The notes below the pieces were generated by a model. The model saw only the letters and a list, made by a program, of their open reading frames with translations. It had not been told where the DNA came from and did not search any database. DNA of 64,000 nucleotides from Lama glama (lineage: Eukaryota): assembly GCA_028534125.1 (NCBI GenBank), contig CM052817.1:75208001-75272000 (forward strand), written 5' to 3'. This document shows positions 1 through 13,680 of this stretch, one piece after another. The position numbers and the translations under genes are program-made. Every line of letters begins with the position of its first letter. Position 1 is the first letter of the stretch.

Positions 1-3000
1 ATAGTATACTGAGTGAGACCACTTGTACTGTGCTTGGAGACCACAAATCTCCTATGTCATTATTCTGTATACCTGTGAACTGTCACTGCTATAATAAAAC
101 ATCTTCTCACAAAGAGCCTCTTATTTTTCTTTTTTATGCAATAGCTATCAGTCTGGTAACTTTTGTTGTTCATTTAGATGATGAGGGAAATATAAGAAGT
201 AAGGCTTGTCAGTTTTACAAAGTTTTGGTTAAAGCTTGGATTGTGGCAAAGCTCATTCACTCTACAGTTGCTTAAAAATATTCTAACTTCACCTGAGTGA
301 GCTGCTTACATGAATTTCACTTGAATTTCTTGTGTCATCCCTCTGCTTTTCCAGAATTGCTTCTATCACGGATATTGGAAAATATCTAGAAGCCTGAAGC
401 TTTCCCAAGGCTGCTTTATACTTGAATGCAAGGCAGTGATTGATATGAGACATCATATTCTCACAAGCTCTGCAAAATAAAGATTCGTTTCTCTACCAAA
501 ATAAGTTTAACTTTCATCAGGGGAGTGCTCAAGCAAGTTACAATAACTTCACATTTTTCCTCAGATTCTATAATGGGTAATTGAGTTATGCAACTGTTGG
601 AATGTTGGTGCACTGACACACCCATGCACAAGTTCATTTTGTATAACATAAAAATGTCATAAACAGCAAGACCCAAAACAAGGGTTTTGAATTGAATATT
701 ATAGCTATAAGATGGACCATTCATATACAGAAATTTTTTTTTAAAAAGACTGAAGTCTCAGTGTTTGGAGATGCAATAACTTGAACCTTGGTTTCAGAAA
801 TAACTGTTTATTTTTATGCATATTTCCATTAATTAAGTTAAAAACCTAAATAATGAGTCCTAAATTAGGTATTGGTATCCTTCAGGCTAGTAATTTTTCT
901 AAGCTTAAAACTCTATTGATCCTGTGTCTGGCTTATTGTACTTGAGGATAGAGTGCAATCCATTACCAAGGAAAGCAAAGCCATTAGACTCCTCATGCAT
1001 TCAATTAGGCTATTACTTTATCTGTCTTAATTGATACTGCTAATAGTATCATATATAATTGCTCTGTATAGGCAGAAAAAGGAGTTGTTAATAAGTCTTA
1101 GCTAATTCACAGAATGACAATTAAGTACTATCAGTAGAACTGTACATACACCCAAGATCAATATGAGACCTATCTCCTCAGTTGTACAGCAGGTGGTGGA
1201 AAACAGTAATTTAAACTGGGTGATGATAATTTAAGGTGAACTGTACAGTATTTCTTTTTGTTTTCAGAGAAACAGGGTTCTTTTTGCTGTTTTTCTTTTT
1301 TGAGGGGAGTGATTATACAGGGATATTAACTTTGTGTTTGGATTGATGACAAAACAGTTCTGAAACTGGAATCACTGTTATTCACAAACTCTTATGTTTA
1401 ATTATGTCACAAGAAATATGCACTAAAAGAAAATCTCTCAACAAATTAAAACAACAAAAAAAGATTAAGTACCCTTCAACCTACTTGAACTTAAACAAAA
1501 ATACAGTGTAGAAAAATGCAGACTAGAGACCATGTTAAAATATGACTTTAAATGCTGATCTTTTTTCAATGCAATTTGCCTTGTAGGTGTAAATTAAGTG
1601 ATTTTCCTAGCTATTTTAACTTGACCAGTGAGATACTATTTAATTCAGACTTACACAATAAAATAGTTTCTTTCAGAAAAATAACATATTCAATGCCTAA
1701 GTATCTCAGTACCAAGTAATGCAGAGTGTTTTTTAATTCATTGTCCTGATACCAGAGTGAAGTATGTTCTGGGTCTAGGTAGGAGAGTTGTCTATAGTAG
1801 ATGGCTGTACTAGAGGGGAGGTGGGGAAGGGGGAAGAGTTCCTCTATCCAAACAAAAGATGCTTTGTTTCAGAAGCATACTTTCCCACTCTCTAGAACTG
1901 CTTGCTAAGATGTTCATTAAATTCTGTTTCATTAAGTCAGAGCACGGCTATAGCTGAAAAGAAATTGAGCTGTAAAGATATGTAGATCCTAGAAAGATTA
2001 TTTGACTTGTCCAAGGCCTTATCCAGCAGTTATTCGCTGATATATAATTAGATTCAAAATCCCTTAGAACGTCTTTTTAATTTTTTGGTGGTGCTTAGAT
2101 CACTGAACCATGAACTTAATTTAGAAAAATTTGCATAATATTGTGCTTTTTCAATCGATTTATGCAACATATCTGACATGTTTTCAATCTGAAAAGAACA
2201 TATTTACAGTTACTTTGTAAAAGCAGTTTAAAAAATATTTTACTTCTGACACCAAGATGCTGTCGCCTCAGAACTTTATAAATTTTATCAAGTATTTCTA
2301 CTAGTTCTTCCCAACAGAAACCATGAAGAGCCTACAGCAATTTTACTGACTTTCAGTTTCTGAGCATTATTTTGCTACTAGACTGGAAAATGAGTGAAGA
2401 ACAAATTGGAAAAAAAGAGCATCTCTCTGTTTTCCAGCTCAGTAAGATCCCTAAATGTTACATAAATTCTAAATGGTACAGCATGTAATATTTGGAGAGT
2501 GCTTTGGACTTGAACACTAGATAAGTCTGTTTCTTCTTACAGAGAAAATGACTTGAGAACCTGGAGGACATTTCACACTGTCTTGCAAAATACAAGTATG
2601 TAATTATCTCACAGCTACTCTTTGTTTTGTTCAGAACAGTTTGGTAATTGAATAATACATATTCATTACAAGAAAAAAAGAGTATCTCCTTATGAGTAAT
2701 CACCTCTTGGGTAATCACCTCTTATTCCATTTCTTTGAACACAGTTTTCACTGGAATTTAGTCATCTATCTTTTGGGGAAGGTGATGGAATATCTATGCC
2801 ATATATACAATATAGTAGGGACTGAATTTTTAATTATTTTTCATTTTATTGTAGAGTTGTAAACTGTCACAGAAATTTGTGAACACCCAAAAACTTCATT
2901 GTATTTGCTGGAAATCAACTCTCCAAGTATTTTTTCAGAAATATACTTACAGATAACTTAGGCTATTCCAAATCAGGAGAGTTTGGGAAGATATTCATCC

Positions 3001-3199
3001 TAATGCACATTCCAGATTTCTCAATTCAGTCTAAACATACACAATACAAACTCCAAAGAGAAATGGCACAGAAAAACTAAACTAAAAAAATTTAACGCTG
3101 ATAGAAATACCTTAGTTATATTTTTAATTTATAATTCATTAATAAAGGTATATTTGGAAAAAGCTAGGTGACTTTGAATTGGGAGATGACTATGTATTA

Positions 3200-4145
3200 T
3201 GTATTATATATAAATGGCAAATAAGCATCTGAAAAATGATCAACATCATATGTCTTTAAGGAGTTATAAATTAAAACAAGAAGATACATATCTATTAGAA
3301 TGGCCAGTATCCAAAACACTGGTAACACCAAATGCTGGTGAAAATGTAAAGCAATAGGGACTCATTCTTTACTACTGAGGATGAAAAATGGAACAGCCAC
3401 TTTGGAAGTCAGTTTGGAAGCTTCTTAAAAAACTAAACAAACTTTTGCCGTAAGCTCCAACAATTGTGCTTCTTGGTTTTTACCCAACTGAACTAAAAAC
3501 TAATGTCCACACAAAAACCTGCACACAGATGTTTATAGCAGCTTTATTCATGACTGGCAAAATTTGGAAGCAACTAAGATGTCTTTAAGTAGATAAATAA
3601 ATAAACTGTGGTAGATCCAGACAATGGATTATAACTCAATGCTAAAAGGAAATGAACTATTAACCAGTGAAATACATGGAGGAAACTTAAATGAATACTG
3701 TTAACTGAAAGAAGTCGATCTGAAAGGAGAATATACATAAGCATATACATATATATATTTACTATATGTTTCCAACTATACGACATTCTGGAAAAGGCAA
3801 AACTATGGAGACAGTAAAAAAAATTAGTGGTTGCCAGGAGTTCTTGGGGAGGCAAGGAGAGTTGCACAGGTGGAACACACAGGATTTTAGAGTAGTGAAA
3901 CTAGTCTACATTATAGATACTGTAATGGTGGATATATGTCATAAAACATTTGTCAAAAACAATAGAATATGTAACATGGTGAATTCTAATATCAACTATG
4001 TATTTTAGTTAATAACGTATTAATTTTAGCTCATCAATGATAACAAATGTATCATTCTAATGCAAAAAGTTAATAAGGGTAACTGAAAGGGAACTTTCTG
4101 CTCAATTTTTCTATAAACTTCAAATATCCCCCAAATAAAGTACAT
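3200..4145 (+). mobile_element. Old L1 (L1MB/L1MC-like) ORF2 3' end and 3' UTR
   Basis: Typical L1 3' motifs: 'ccaaatgctggtgaaaatgtaaagcaatagggactc', 'atgtccacacaaaaacctgcacacagatgtttatagcagctttattc', 'gacattctggaaaaggcaaaactatggagacag'. Confidence 0.85.
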
Positions 4146-4169
4146 TTATTAAAAGTGTATTTCAATTTC

Positions 4170-4365
4170 AATTGCACTATCAGCTATTTGATCTTGGGCA
4201 TTATAATTAACACCTCTAAATTTTGTATGGTTTGGTTCATAACCTTCAAAATGAGAATAATACTATTTACACAATGAATTTTTGTGAAAATTAAATGCAA
4301 ATGCATTTAAAATACATGACACCATCTGGTACTTACCAAGTGCCCAATAAGTGGTAGCCAGATCT
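4170..4365 (+). mobile_element. MIR SINE fragment
   Basis: Degenerate MIR core: 'gatcttgggca...aacacctct...aaaatgagaataatacta...tgtgaaaattaaatg'. Confidence 0.55.
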
Positions 4366-5455
4366 ATTATTATGATAATGTACTTACCTAATTGATTTGT
4401 TTACATTGCCACAAAAAGAAGTGCTCTCTTAGGGATTAATCATGCTTAAACTGCACGTAAATTTTAAAAATTAGGACACAGTTTTCTAAAAAATGCCCCT
4501 TCCTCTTGTTCTTTTTCTATTGCAAACACAGGATTCTCTAAACTGAAGAGAAATGTTCTTGTCAGGCAGAGATAATAGAACTAATCCTGCTGGTGATAGC
4601 TAGGCAAGGGAGAGTGAATCCACTGTAGCTGCCTACATGCTGATAAGTTACTTTCATCTATCTTTTGTGTGTCTTGATGTCTGTCTTATTTTTCCTGATT
4701 TAAGGTTATGGGAAGGTATCTTCTACTTTTTAGGGGCTTGAATTACATTTTGAAGCAGGAGACCGTTTAGTCCTTCCTTGCCTGGACTCCAAGGTACTTG
4801 AACACGAAATCTGAAATTTGAAATGAAAGGAAATCCAAAATTTAACACAACCACACAAATAAAATTATCTTAGCCAAACACTTCTCTCTTACTTCTTTTC
4901 AATGTCACACTCTGGAAAAAAACATATTTCTGTGTTGGTAAGTATTAAACAATAGTTTAAATAGAGAACTTCTATTACAGTTTGATTTCAGTCTACCACA
5001 CTGACTTCTGTGAAACTGAATGCCTTAGTAATTTTTAGTAAATAGATATACAAATCTTAGATGTTATGATAGCTTCAAAAGAATCTCAAGTGTGATGAGG
5101 TAAAACATATATATTCATATTAGATTTTCACTATACAGTTTTCTTCCTCATTTTAAAATAAAAACATAAAGAAAAGTAAATGTGTATATATATATCAATA
5201 TATTATATATATATAAATATATACATATGTTTTTATGATGAGGCATTTATGGAAGATACTATCAGGCCTACCAAGGATTCAGAATATAATGAAGGAATAT
5301 ATATTCTTAGCAATGTTAGAGTGAAAATATATTTTCTATGGTGGAATCAAGTTGAGAAATACTATCTGTTAATATATTATTAGAATCTGGTTGAATCCTG
5401 AAAGAAACAGGTGACTCATTTTTCCAGAGTAACATTACTAATGCCCCCCTGCCTC

Positions 5456-5852
5456 CATCATGGACTGAATGTTTATGTCTCCCCTAAATACATATGTTAA
5501 AGTCCTAACCCCCTGCTATGATATTTAAAGATAGGACCTTTAGGAGGTAATTAGAGTTAGATGAGGTATGAAGATGGGGCCTTAATGATGAAATTAGTGA
5601 CTTTACAGGAAAAGACACCAGAGAGCATTCTCTCTCTTTCTCTCTCTCTAATACGTGCTCAAAAAAGAAGCCATGCGAGCTCACAGAGATGGTGACTGCT
5701 TATAAGCAAAGAGAAGAGGCCTCAGAATAAAACCTATCTTGTTGACTTCTTGATGTTAGACTTCCAGCCTCCTGAACTGTGGGAAGTAAATTTCTGTTAT
5801 TTAAGCACCCAGTCTTCGGTATTTTGTTATGCAGCCTGAGCAGACTAATGCA
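5456..5852 (+). mobile_element. MaLR solo LTR (MLT1A/MST-like)
   Basis: Starts 'atggactgaatgtttatgtctcccc' and ends 'ttaagcacccagtcttcggtattttgttatgcagcctgagcagactaatgca', matching MST/MLT1A termini. Confidence 0.85.
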
Positions 5853-5940
5853 CCCTCCCAGTATTCAGCTTATTTTAAAATTATTTATTCTCCATAACAT
5901 TTACATACCCTCTTATAGCACATTATACACTTATTCATCC

Positions 5941-6081
5941 TATTTATTCATTCATTCATTCATTCATTCATTTATTTTGGGGGGACAGGTAATTAAGTTT
6001 ATTTTAATGGAGGTACTGGGGATTGAACCCAGGACCCTGTGCATGCTAAGCATGTGCTCTATCACTGAGTTATACACTCCC
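5941..6081 (-). mobile_element. tRNA-derived SINE (camelid Vic-1-like)
   Basis: Reverse complement reads gggagtgtataactcagtgatagagcacatgcttagcatgcacagggtcctgggttcaatccccagtacctcc (A and B boxes), then an A-rich tail. It is flanked by near-direct repeats tattcatcct/tactcatcct. Confidence 0.85.
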
Positions 6082-6407
6082 TACTCATCCTTTTTAAATT
6101 ATCTCTATTTTTTAACCTTGAAGGTAATCTTCTACAGACTTGTCTCCTTACTTTTCCGTACCTAGTAATTAGAACACTGTCTGGCTTCTATAGGTATTTA
6201 ATAAATTCTTGTGAAATAAATCAATGGAAAATCAATAAACTTAAACCACCCTCTGCAGAATTAAATTTTTGGTTTAACTTTTAAGGTTTTATGATCATTT
6301 TCTCTTCTTTGTCTTATACATATATTCTAAAAATGCACTTAACTATAAAAAAATCTTGATTCTTTAGAAAGCACATCTATGCCTTCTTGCTTTATTATAA
6401 TAATTGA

Positions 6408-6449
<42 letters not shown>
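6408..6449. repeat. (GA)n microsatellite
   Basis: Run of about 20 GA units read directly. Confidence 0.97.
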
Positions 6450-6452
<3 letters not shown>

Positions 6453-9380
6453 CTGTACTGTTCCAGATTGAATAATATAATAATATTAGAGTGAATCCTC
6501 CAATCAAATGTAAAAACTAGAGCATCAGAGCTACCTTTGATGTTCACCATGTGCTCCTCCCCAATCCTAGGTTTCATCTTCCTTACCTTCCATATTGCTA
6601 AGCTCACTTCATATTTCTATCACATTGTCCTTCTGCTCTCTATTCTAATTTATTTCTTCACTGTTATCCTCCAATTGATGATTCTGTTTTTGCTTGCTTA
6701 TTTTAATTCCACCTTTATTTTTAAGAGATCAGGTTTAGCTTTTTTACATTCCTTATGTAATTCCAAAACCTAAAGTCTTTAAAGATCTAAAACTACACTT
6801 TGTGCTGAAATTCATTTATAAGGTATATTCTTAAGTGATTGATAATTTTTTTATACTAGTACAATATATTAGATTATACCCAATTTGTGGCAGTGCTAAG
6901 TGACTATGTTTCTTCCAAAAGCAATTTAGGTTTGCTTTTGACCAGGACTGAATGGGCACCGATGGGAACCATTTTAGCATGCTACATGTACTACGTTAGC
7001 AATGTAGGCATCTGAGAACTGGCTCCTATACAATGCCTCTGGCCCCAGACTTAGTTTTACATCCTATAAAGTTGGAACTCTAGTTTTATGTTTGCTTACT
7101 GCTCACAATTCAGTTCTTAGCTTTTTAGTTAGTTTTGTTTTGTTTGCACACTTAGCAATTCTTTAAACAGTAGAAACAGACTGCTTCCCATTTCTTTTTT
7201 ATCCTGATAAAGTTAACTCTCATTTTTCTGTATTAAAGTGCCCTAAATTCTTTTTCCATATTTCCTCAATTAGGCTCAGATCCTTGAAAAAGTATGCCTA
7301 GGTTCAGGAAAGAATGCAAGACACACACGCACTCATTCATACAGCTTGCAAAACTATTTCTCCCAGGAGTTTCCTGAGGCCCTACCCAGGGGAATCTCTG
7401 TATACATCTGGGACAATCAAAAGACATTCTCTTACTATCGCCCATGAATGTTTCCCCTCAAGGAACACTCCCTGAAGACCGGGGATTGTTCTCAATGGAT
7501 CTTTCTCAGTCTTCCTGCTTTTAGTAATCACAAATTGTGACAATAATAGAAGCATAGGGCTGCCTCTCGTGCCTCTGGGGCTGGGAGGATTGAGTATGTT
7601 GCTCTCCTTTCTCTTGTCTACATTTTCCCTTAGCCTCCTCAAGATTAACTGTGCAAGAGTCTTCTCTAAAGAAAATAAACTAATGTTCATAGAGAAGTGA
7701 CAGTTTAATACCAGGTATCTCAGAATTTCACTTGCATCTATATAGAAATTAATCCCTTTTTAAATACCTAGACTTTCACATGGAAGAAGTCCCTGCTGGG
7801 GACTCCTCCTTCCATTCCTGACTTCAGTTTCATCCCCCACTACAGCATTTCCTTCAGTTCTTAGACCACCAGTCTTACTGCTCTCCTTTGGGAAAATTGG
7901 ACCTCTTCCACAGGAAGATATCTTATTCTTTGAGCACTTTTGTTTCTCCTTTTTTCCTAACAAAATTTCATGTGATCTCCATTAAAAACTAATTACTGTC
8001 ACCTTGCTTCACTTTGAGTTAGAGGTCAGGTATTAAAATGATGACAAGCATTAAGATGGGGTTAGGGGTTGCTATGTCCTGGTTCTATGGACCACATTAT
8101 TGAGTCTCTCCCTTTGACTTTTTCCAACATTTCTACCACTGAGTACTAAGACCCTCCACATTTCTTTGTAACATAACTTTTAAAAACCACTTCCGTTTCT
8201 CCTGTAGGAAAAAAGCTAATAAATTGTGAAAAACAAATTTTCTCTGTTGCACATTTACACCAAGAAAAATAGATTTATTTTACTGAGAGGTTTCACTCCT
8301 TCCTGCACTTTCTGGGGGTTGGCAGGGACATAAAAGAGCTTTACCAGTCATAGTGGTGACATTCTTTGTTAAAAGGAATGACAATCTCTATTAATTTCTT
8401 CTGATTCCTTCTTTGGTAGAAGAGTGGAACACACTGTTAGTTTCTCAAGCGACACTTATTACTAGATGATACTATTTCCCACCTAAGGCCACCTGGTCAC
8501 AAGTTATCTTTAGTTCTCCAGCTTCTCTCCTCTCAGCCCTTGTTTTGTTCTTCTTCCTCATAACATAAAGCTTTGCTCTCCAAACCTTCTCTGGTCATTG
8601 GATAATCTAATAGCTGGACCCCAATTAGCACAGACAGAAATCATCTCATAGTTATGTATGGCCCTAAAAGCAGCCCTGGAGGACAGCTATGAATTAATCT
8701 GATTTAACCCACAATAGGTTTCAAAACATTTCTAAGCATTCATAAGTGATCACGGACAATTTTAACTTAAAATATAATATCCACATTGATTTTAAAATGA
8801 GAAAGATCCCCTTTAATTAAAAAAAATAGTTTACTTCTATTCATAAAAATATTAAGAGCAGACCACTTTGAATGAATGTTCATTCTTTCAAGGTTGTTGT
8901 TTGCATTCTGCATGTACTTCCTAAATCTTTCCTCTTTTACAGATTCTCAGAAGTGTCACATACATGGATCTTATATATAATAATTCTAGGCACAGAAAAA
9001 TATATAGAGGAAAATGACTGTATACAAATAATAATTTTATTTTGTCTTTTTTTTCACTGTATTTCCCATTTTTCAGAGTACATGGATTGTGTCATTTTCA
9101 TTTGTTCAGTCATCTAAAATCTCCCTTAGATGTTTCTACAGGTTGGAATTTCAAAAGGTCATCAGGGAATGATTCTGAGGTGATAGGTTTGTAGAGTTAA
9201 GAAAGCAGGTACATAGGTATGTGTTTAGGTAAGGGGTAATATTAACACTGATTAGATAATATCTAACACATTTCAAAGTATATAAAATCTTTCATATATG
9301 ATTTAAATTATGTATTCTACTGCTAACTGGGTAATACTTATATTTCTATATGACATTTTATATATTCTACAAGATTACAG

Positions 9381-9562
9381 CAGTGGTCCTCAACATGGAG
9401 ACCTCAGACAGCATCAGTATTACCAGGGAACTTTTCAGAAATGCATTTTCAGTGTCACCCAGACCTCAGAACAGAATGGGAAACCCAGGGATAGGGGCCC
9501 AACAATGTGTGTATTACCAAGCCCTTTAGTTTATTCTGATGTAGAAAATTTGAGAACCACGG
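9381..9562. mobile_element. MER5A-like hAT-Charlie MITE
   Basis: Terminal inverted repeats 'cagtggtcctcaa' and 'ttgagaaccacgg'; internal 'cagcatcagtattacc...agaaatgca'. Confidence 0.8.
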
Positions 9563-11019
9563 GTTTATCCGGGTTTAGTGTAATCTTAAACCTAAATAAT
9601 CACAGCTTTTCTTTAATGAATAAAACCATTAATCTTTTTTGGTTGTTTTTTCTATCCTCTGAAGTCTTGTATAACAGAAGATTATCTCTTTTATGAGATG
9701 TAGTTTTGAAAAATCTACTGTATAAAAATTAGTCCAAAGCATTAGAAGGTCTAGGCAGTTATAAATATATCTGAAAACAGGTTTACTTTATACTAAAAAT
9801 TTTGCTCGTTTAATTTATAATCTTTCAATTTAAGCTTCTGTTCCTATCAAGAACTTGACTTATCCAACATAATCTAAAATAGATCATAATTTAAATAGCG
9901 TTTTGTTCTCTTCTCCGTGGGCTCTTATTGTTAAAGTCTACTCACATAGATGCTGATTTGGAAAAACTTTTCTCACTATAAGGTAATTTATGGTTTTAAG
10001 TTAAGGAAAAGAGAGAATGCATCAAGATGATGATCTGAATCAAAACATCTACTTCCCCTGCCTGCTAAAATCCATTAATAGTTTAATATGCATATGTGTG
10101 TGTGTATAAACATATTGAAAAGGCAAGAATGGATGATTTCAAGGGAACTGAATATTCCAATAAATAAGAGACAGAGGATAAAAACTGGTGTAGCTATTCC
10201 CAGTGATAAAGATCAAAGATAAGAAATTTTCTTCCAAAGTACATCCCTCAAATTTCTAATCTAGAAATCATCAATTAAACACAGCAGGAGGAAGCTCAGC
10301 AATTTAAACAGGATGTCAGTCAAACCATTCTTCTTCCCCTATTAACACTGAGTAGTAGGCAGCAATGATATTTGTCCTCAGAGAAAAAAAACAAGCCTGG
10401 CTTCTAAATAGGGTCCTATGACTTACTGGGAAGTGTTGTAACATAGGTTTGAGGGCTCAAGAAAATAAAAGAGCACAATTTGATGTAATTTTCACACCCT
10501 ATTCATAAGGAACGAACAAAAGGAGGTAGAAGAATAGAATTCTGTTCTCCAGGGGCTGTACTGACAAACAAGTTATTAGGAGCAACACTAAAGTAGCTTA
10601 CAGTCATCCCGAGGGAAGCAAGCTTGTTCAAACTCATACCTTATCTCTCCCCAACAATAATTAGAAGCAGGCCACTGACATCAGTGCTGGGTATTAAACT
10701 CTTCTGTCTCAACCTGAAACTCAATCTACTACACTATGCTTTAGGATGTTGGGTCTTGGGCTCTACAAATGACAGAGCTTCTTTGCCATCTAGCTCCTTT
10801 ATAGGATTTTCCAGTATGGGGTTCTGAAAAGACACTATAATGCCAGGCATTACACAACTTAGAATTTTCTTTGTATTTCTTATTCCTGTCCTTGTCGTCC
10901 TTTTTTTTTTTTTCTCCCCATTCTGGCAGCAACATAATGCATTCAGAGATACTAAAGCTACCTAGGCAGCACTTCCTCCTTAGTGATCTGGGTCCCACCA
11001 ATATGGAAATCCTCCTCCA

Positions 11020-11400
11020 AACAATCATTAGAGGAATGGATTAAAACCACACAACAAGTGAGAAAGATTAACAACTTCTACATGGATAAATCTCACAGAC
11101 ATCTCCTGGAGTTAAACCAGAATATATTATTTAACTATTAAATTTATATTAAGTTCAGAAATAGACAAAAATAATCTATGCTGAAAGGTCAGAATTGCCA
11201 TCTAGAGGACATATCAGACAAGGAGCATGTGGAAAAGGAACTTTTGGTGTTCTGAAAATATATTCTATATGTTTATCTGTGTGATAGCTGTACAAGTACC
11301 TTGATATCTAAAAATCCATTGTGCTCTATGTTTATAATTCTTAGACTTTATACACTCATCATATATATATCACAAAAGCAATACAAAATCAAGTAATAAA
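11020..11400 (+). mobile_element. Old L1 (L1ME/MD-like) 3' UTR fragment
   Basis: 'catggataaatctcacagacat', 'agacaaaaataatctatgctg', 'gaacttttggtgttctgaaaatatattctat'. Confidence 0.65.
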
Positions 11401-12254
11401 CATAATTATAAAGGTGATGATAATGATGATGATGATAATGAGGATAACTAGTGTACTTTATGTGTTCATACTAGATTACTAATACAAATGTTGGGGGAAA
11501 GCTAATACCCTGAAAAATAACTTCAAACTCAAGATTCCAACAATGAGGGAAGAAAAACAGTACAGAAAAAGTAAAACAAATAAATCAGGGAAATAGATAA
11601 AATTGGAGACAACTTTAATAAATATTACTTAAGAAAACAAAAATACTATTATTATAGACTTACTCAAGTGGTTATTTTTCTATATTTTTATTCTGCTTTC
11701 ATTCTTGAATGCTAGTTTATAATGGATAAAGAATTCTCTGTTCAAATCTAAATCAACTTAAATTATTTAAAGGGATATAATTTTGAAACAAAGAAAAAAT
11801 CTAAAACCAAAATATGTGTTTTATAAGAAATAGTGGGGAGAAAATACCATGGAAAAATAACAAAACATATAGCAAGATCACCAGTTGCACTATATAGTCC
11901 AAAATATTAAAAACAATAATATATCACTATTTATGAAAAAAAGTAGATGGTAGAGTGAGAGGAAATGGAGTAAAAGGATGTTATAGTTTATAGTTATTAA
12001 TTAAAAATTTTGAAAGAAAATATAAGCTTAAATATGTTTTAGCTTAAACACATTTAAACTCAAATATGTTTGAGTTAAAACATATTTGTAAATTCAAAGA
12101 ATAGGAATAGGTATAAACATATTTTAAAACAAAGTGAGAAAGAGAGAGAGAAAAACTGAGAAAAAGAACATCTTGAAAAACTCAAAGAAGTATGGGAGGG
12201 GTTGGAAGAAAAACATGAAAAAAATTTAAAAATAAAAAACATTTTCAAAAATAT

Positions 12255-13680
12255 CATAATAAGTGTGAATTGGTTATATTTTCACATTATATTCTGAGAA
12301 TATAAAAAAATGAAGAACTAAATGACAAAATTCAGCTCTATGCTGTACATAAGGAATGTAAGACAAAGAAAATAACCCAGAAAGTTTAAGAATACAGAAC
12401 CAGAAAAATATATACCAAGCAAATATTAAGAAATAGAGGGCAATTCTCTAATGAAGACATATGGCCAATAGGCACATGAAAAAATGCTCAATATCACTAA
12501 TCATCAGAGAAATGCAAATCAAAACTACAATGAAGTATCATCTCACACCAGTCAGAATGGTCATCATTAAATAGTCCTTGAATGATAAATGCTGGAGAGG
12601 CTGTGGAGAAAAGGGATCCCTACTACACAGCTGGTGGGAATTAGTTTGGTGCAGCCATTATGGAGAACAGTATGAAGATTCCTCAAAACACTAAAAATAG
12701 ACTTACCCTATGATCCAGCAATCCCATTCTTGGGCATATATCCAGAGGGAACTCTAATTTGAAAAGACACATATACCCCGATGTTCATAGCAGCACTATA
12801 TACAATAACCAAGACATGGAAACAACTTAAATGTTCATCTACTGATGACTGAATAAAGAAGTTACAGTATATTTATACAATAGAATACTACTCAGCCATA
12901 AAAAAGAATAAAATAATGCTATTTGCAGAAACATGGATGGACCTGGAGATCATCATTCTCAGTGAAGTAAGTCAGAAAGAGAAAGAAAAATACCATATGA
13001 TATCACTTATATGAGGAATCTAAAAAAAGCAAAAAAAGGGGAAAAGAGGACACAAATGAACCCATCTATAAAACAGAGACAGACTGAGAGAAATAGTAAA
13101 CAATCTTATGGTTACTGGGGGGAAGGGAGTAGGAAGGGATAAATTTGAGAGTTTGAGATTTGCAAATGATAACCACTATATATAAAAATAGATAAACAAA
13201 TTTTTCTTCTGTATAGCATGGGGAACTGTATTCAATAAGTTGTAATAATTTTTAATGAAAAAGAATATGAAAATAAATATATGTATGTATATGGATGACT
13301 GGGACATTGTGCTGTGCACCTGAAATTGACACACTGGAACTGATTATACCTCAGTAAAAGTAAATATAAGAAAAATAAAGAAATAGAGGGCAGGCATATA
13401 AACATTAAATACCAGACAAAGTAGAAGTCAAGGTGAAATCTGAAGAGAACTTATAAATATTTTATGTTGAGAAAAGTCATAATCTACTCAGCAAACATAT
13501 TGTTAGGCTTTATCAATCTATGAAATTAGCTCTGAAATAAATCATAATCATAGAAAATGGAATATAAAATTGACAAAAACATAATATTGGTAGCAAAGTT
13601 TAAACTGTCTCCCAAAAAAAGACAGCTCATGGGAAATATACTTGAAGATACAGGAATATTTAAAAATTAATATTTTGTTT
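12255..13680 (+). mobile_element. Old L1 ORF2 endonuclease-region remnant, interrupted by a younger L1
   Basis: 'cagctctatgctgtacataagg', 'aaaaatatataccaagcaaat' and, after the insertion, 'attaaataccagacaaagtagaagtcaagg' resemble the start of L1 ORF2. Confidence 0.6.
12443..13377 (+). mobile_element. Younger 5'-truncated L1 (ORF2 C-terminus and 3' UTR) with 15-bp TSD
   Basis: 'gaaatgcaaatcaaaactacaatgaagtatcatctcacaccagtcagaatgg' and an A-rich tail. TSD aagaaatagagggca at 12428-12442 and 13378-13392. Confidence 0.93.

Noticed and set aside
1813..1835. G-rich tract as a G-quadruplex
   Set aside because: It has only three runs of three or more G.
6008..6081. Possible tRNA gene (also at 33750-33824)
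   Set aside because: The A-rich tail, flanking repeats and multiple diverged copies indicate a SINE head rather than a tRNA gene.
5779..6165. 128-aa ORF containing 'EVLGIEPRTLCMLS'
   Set aside because: It reads through an LTR end, a microsatellite and an antisense SINE.
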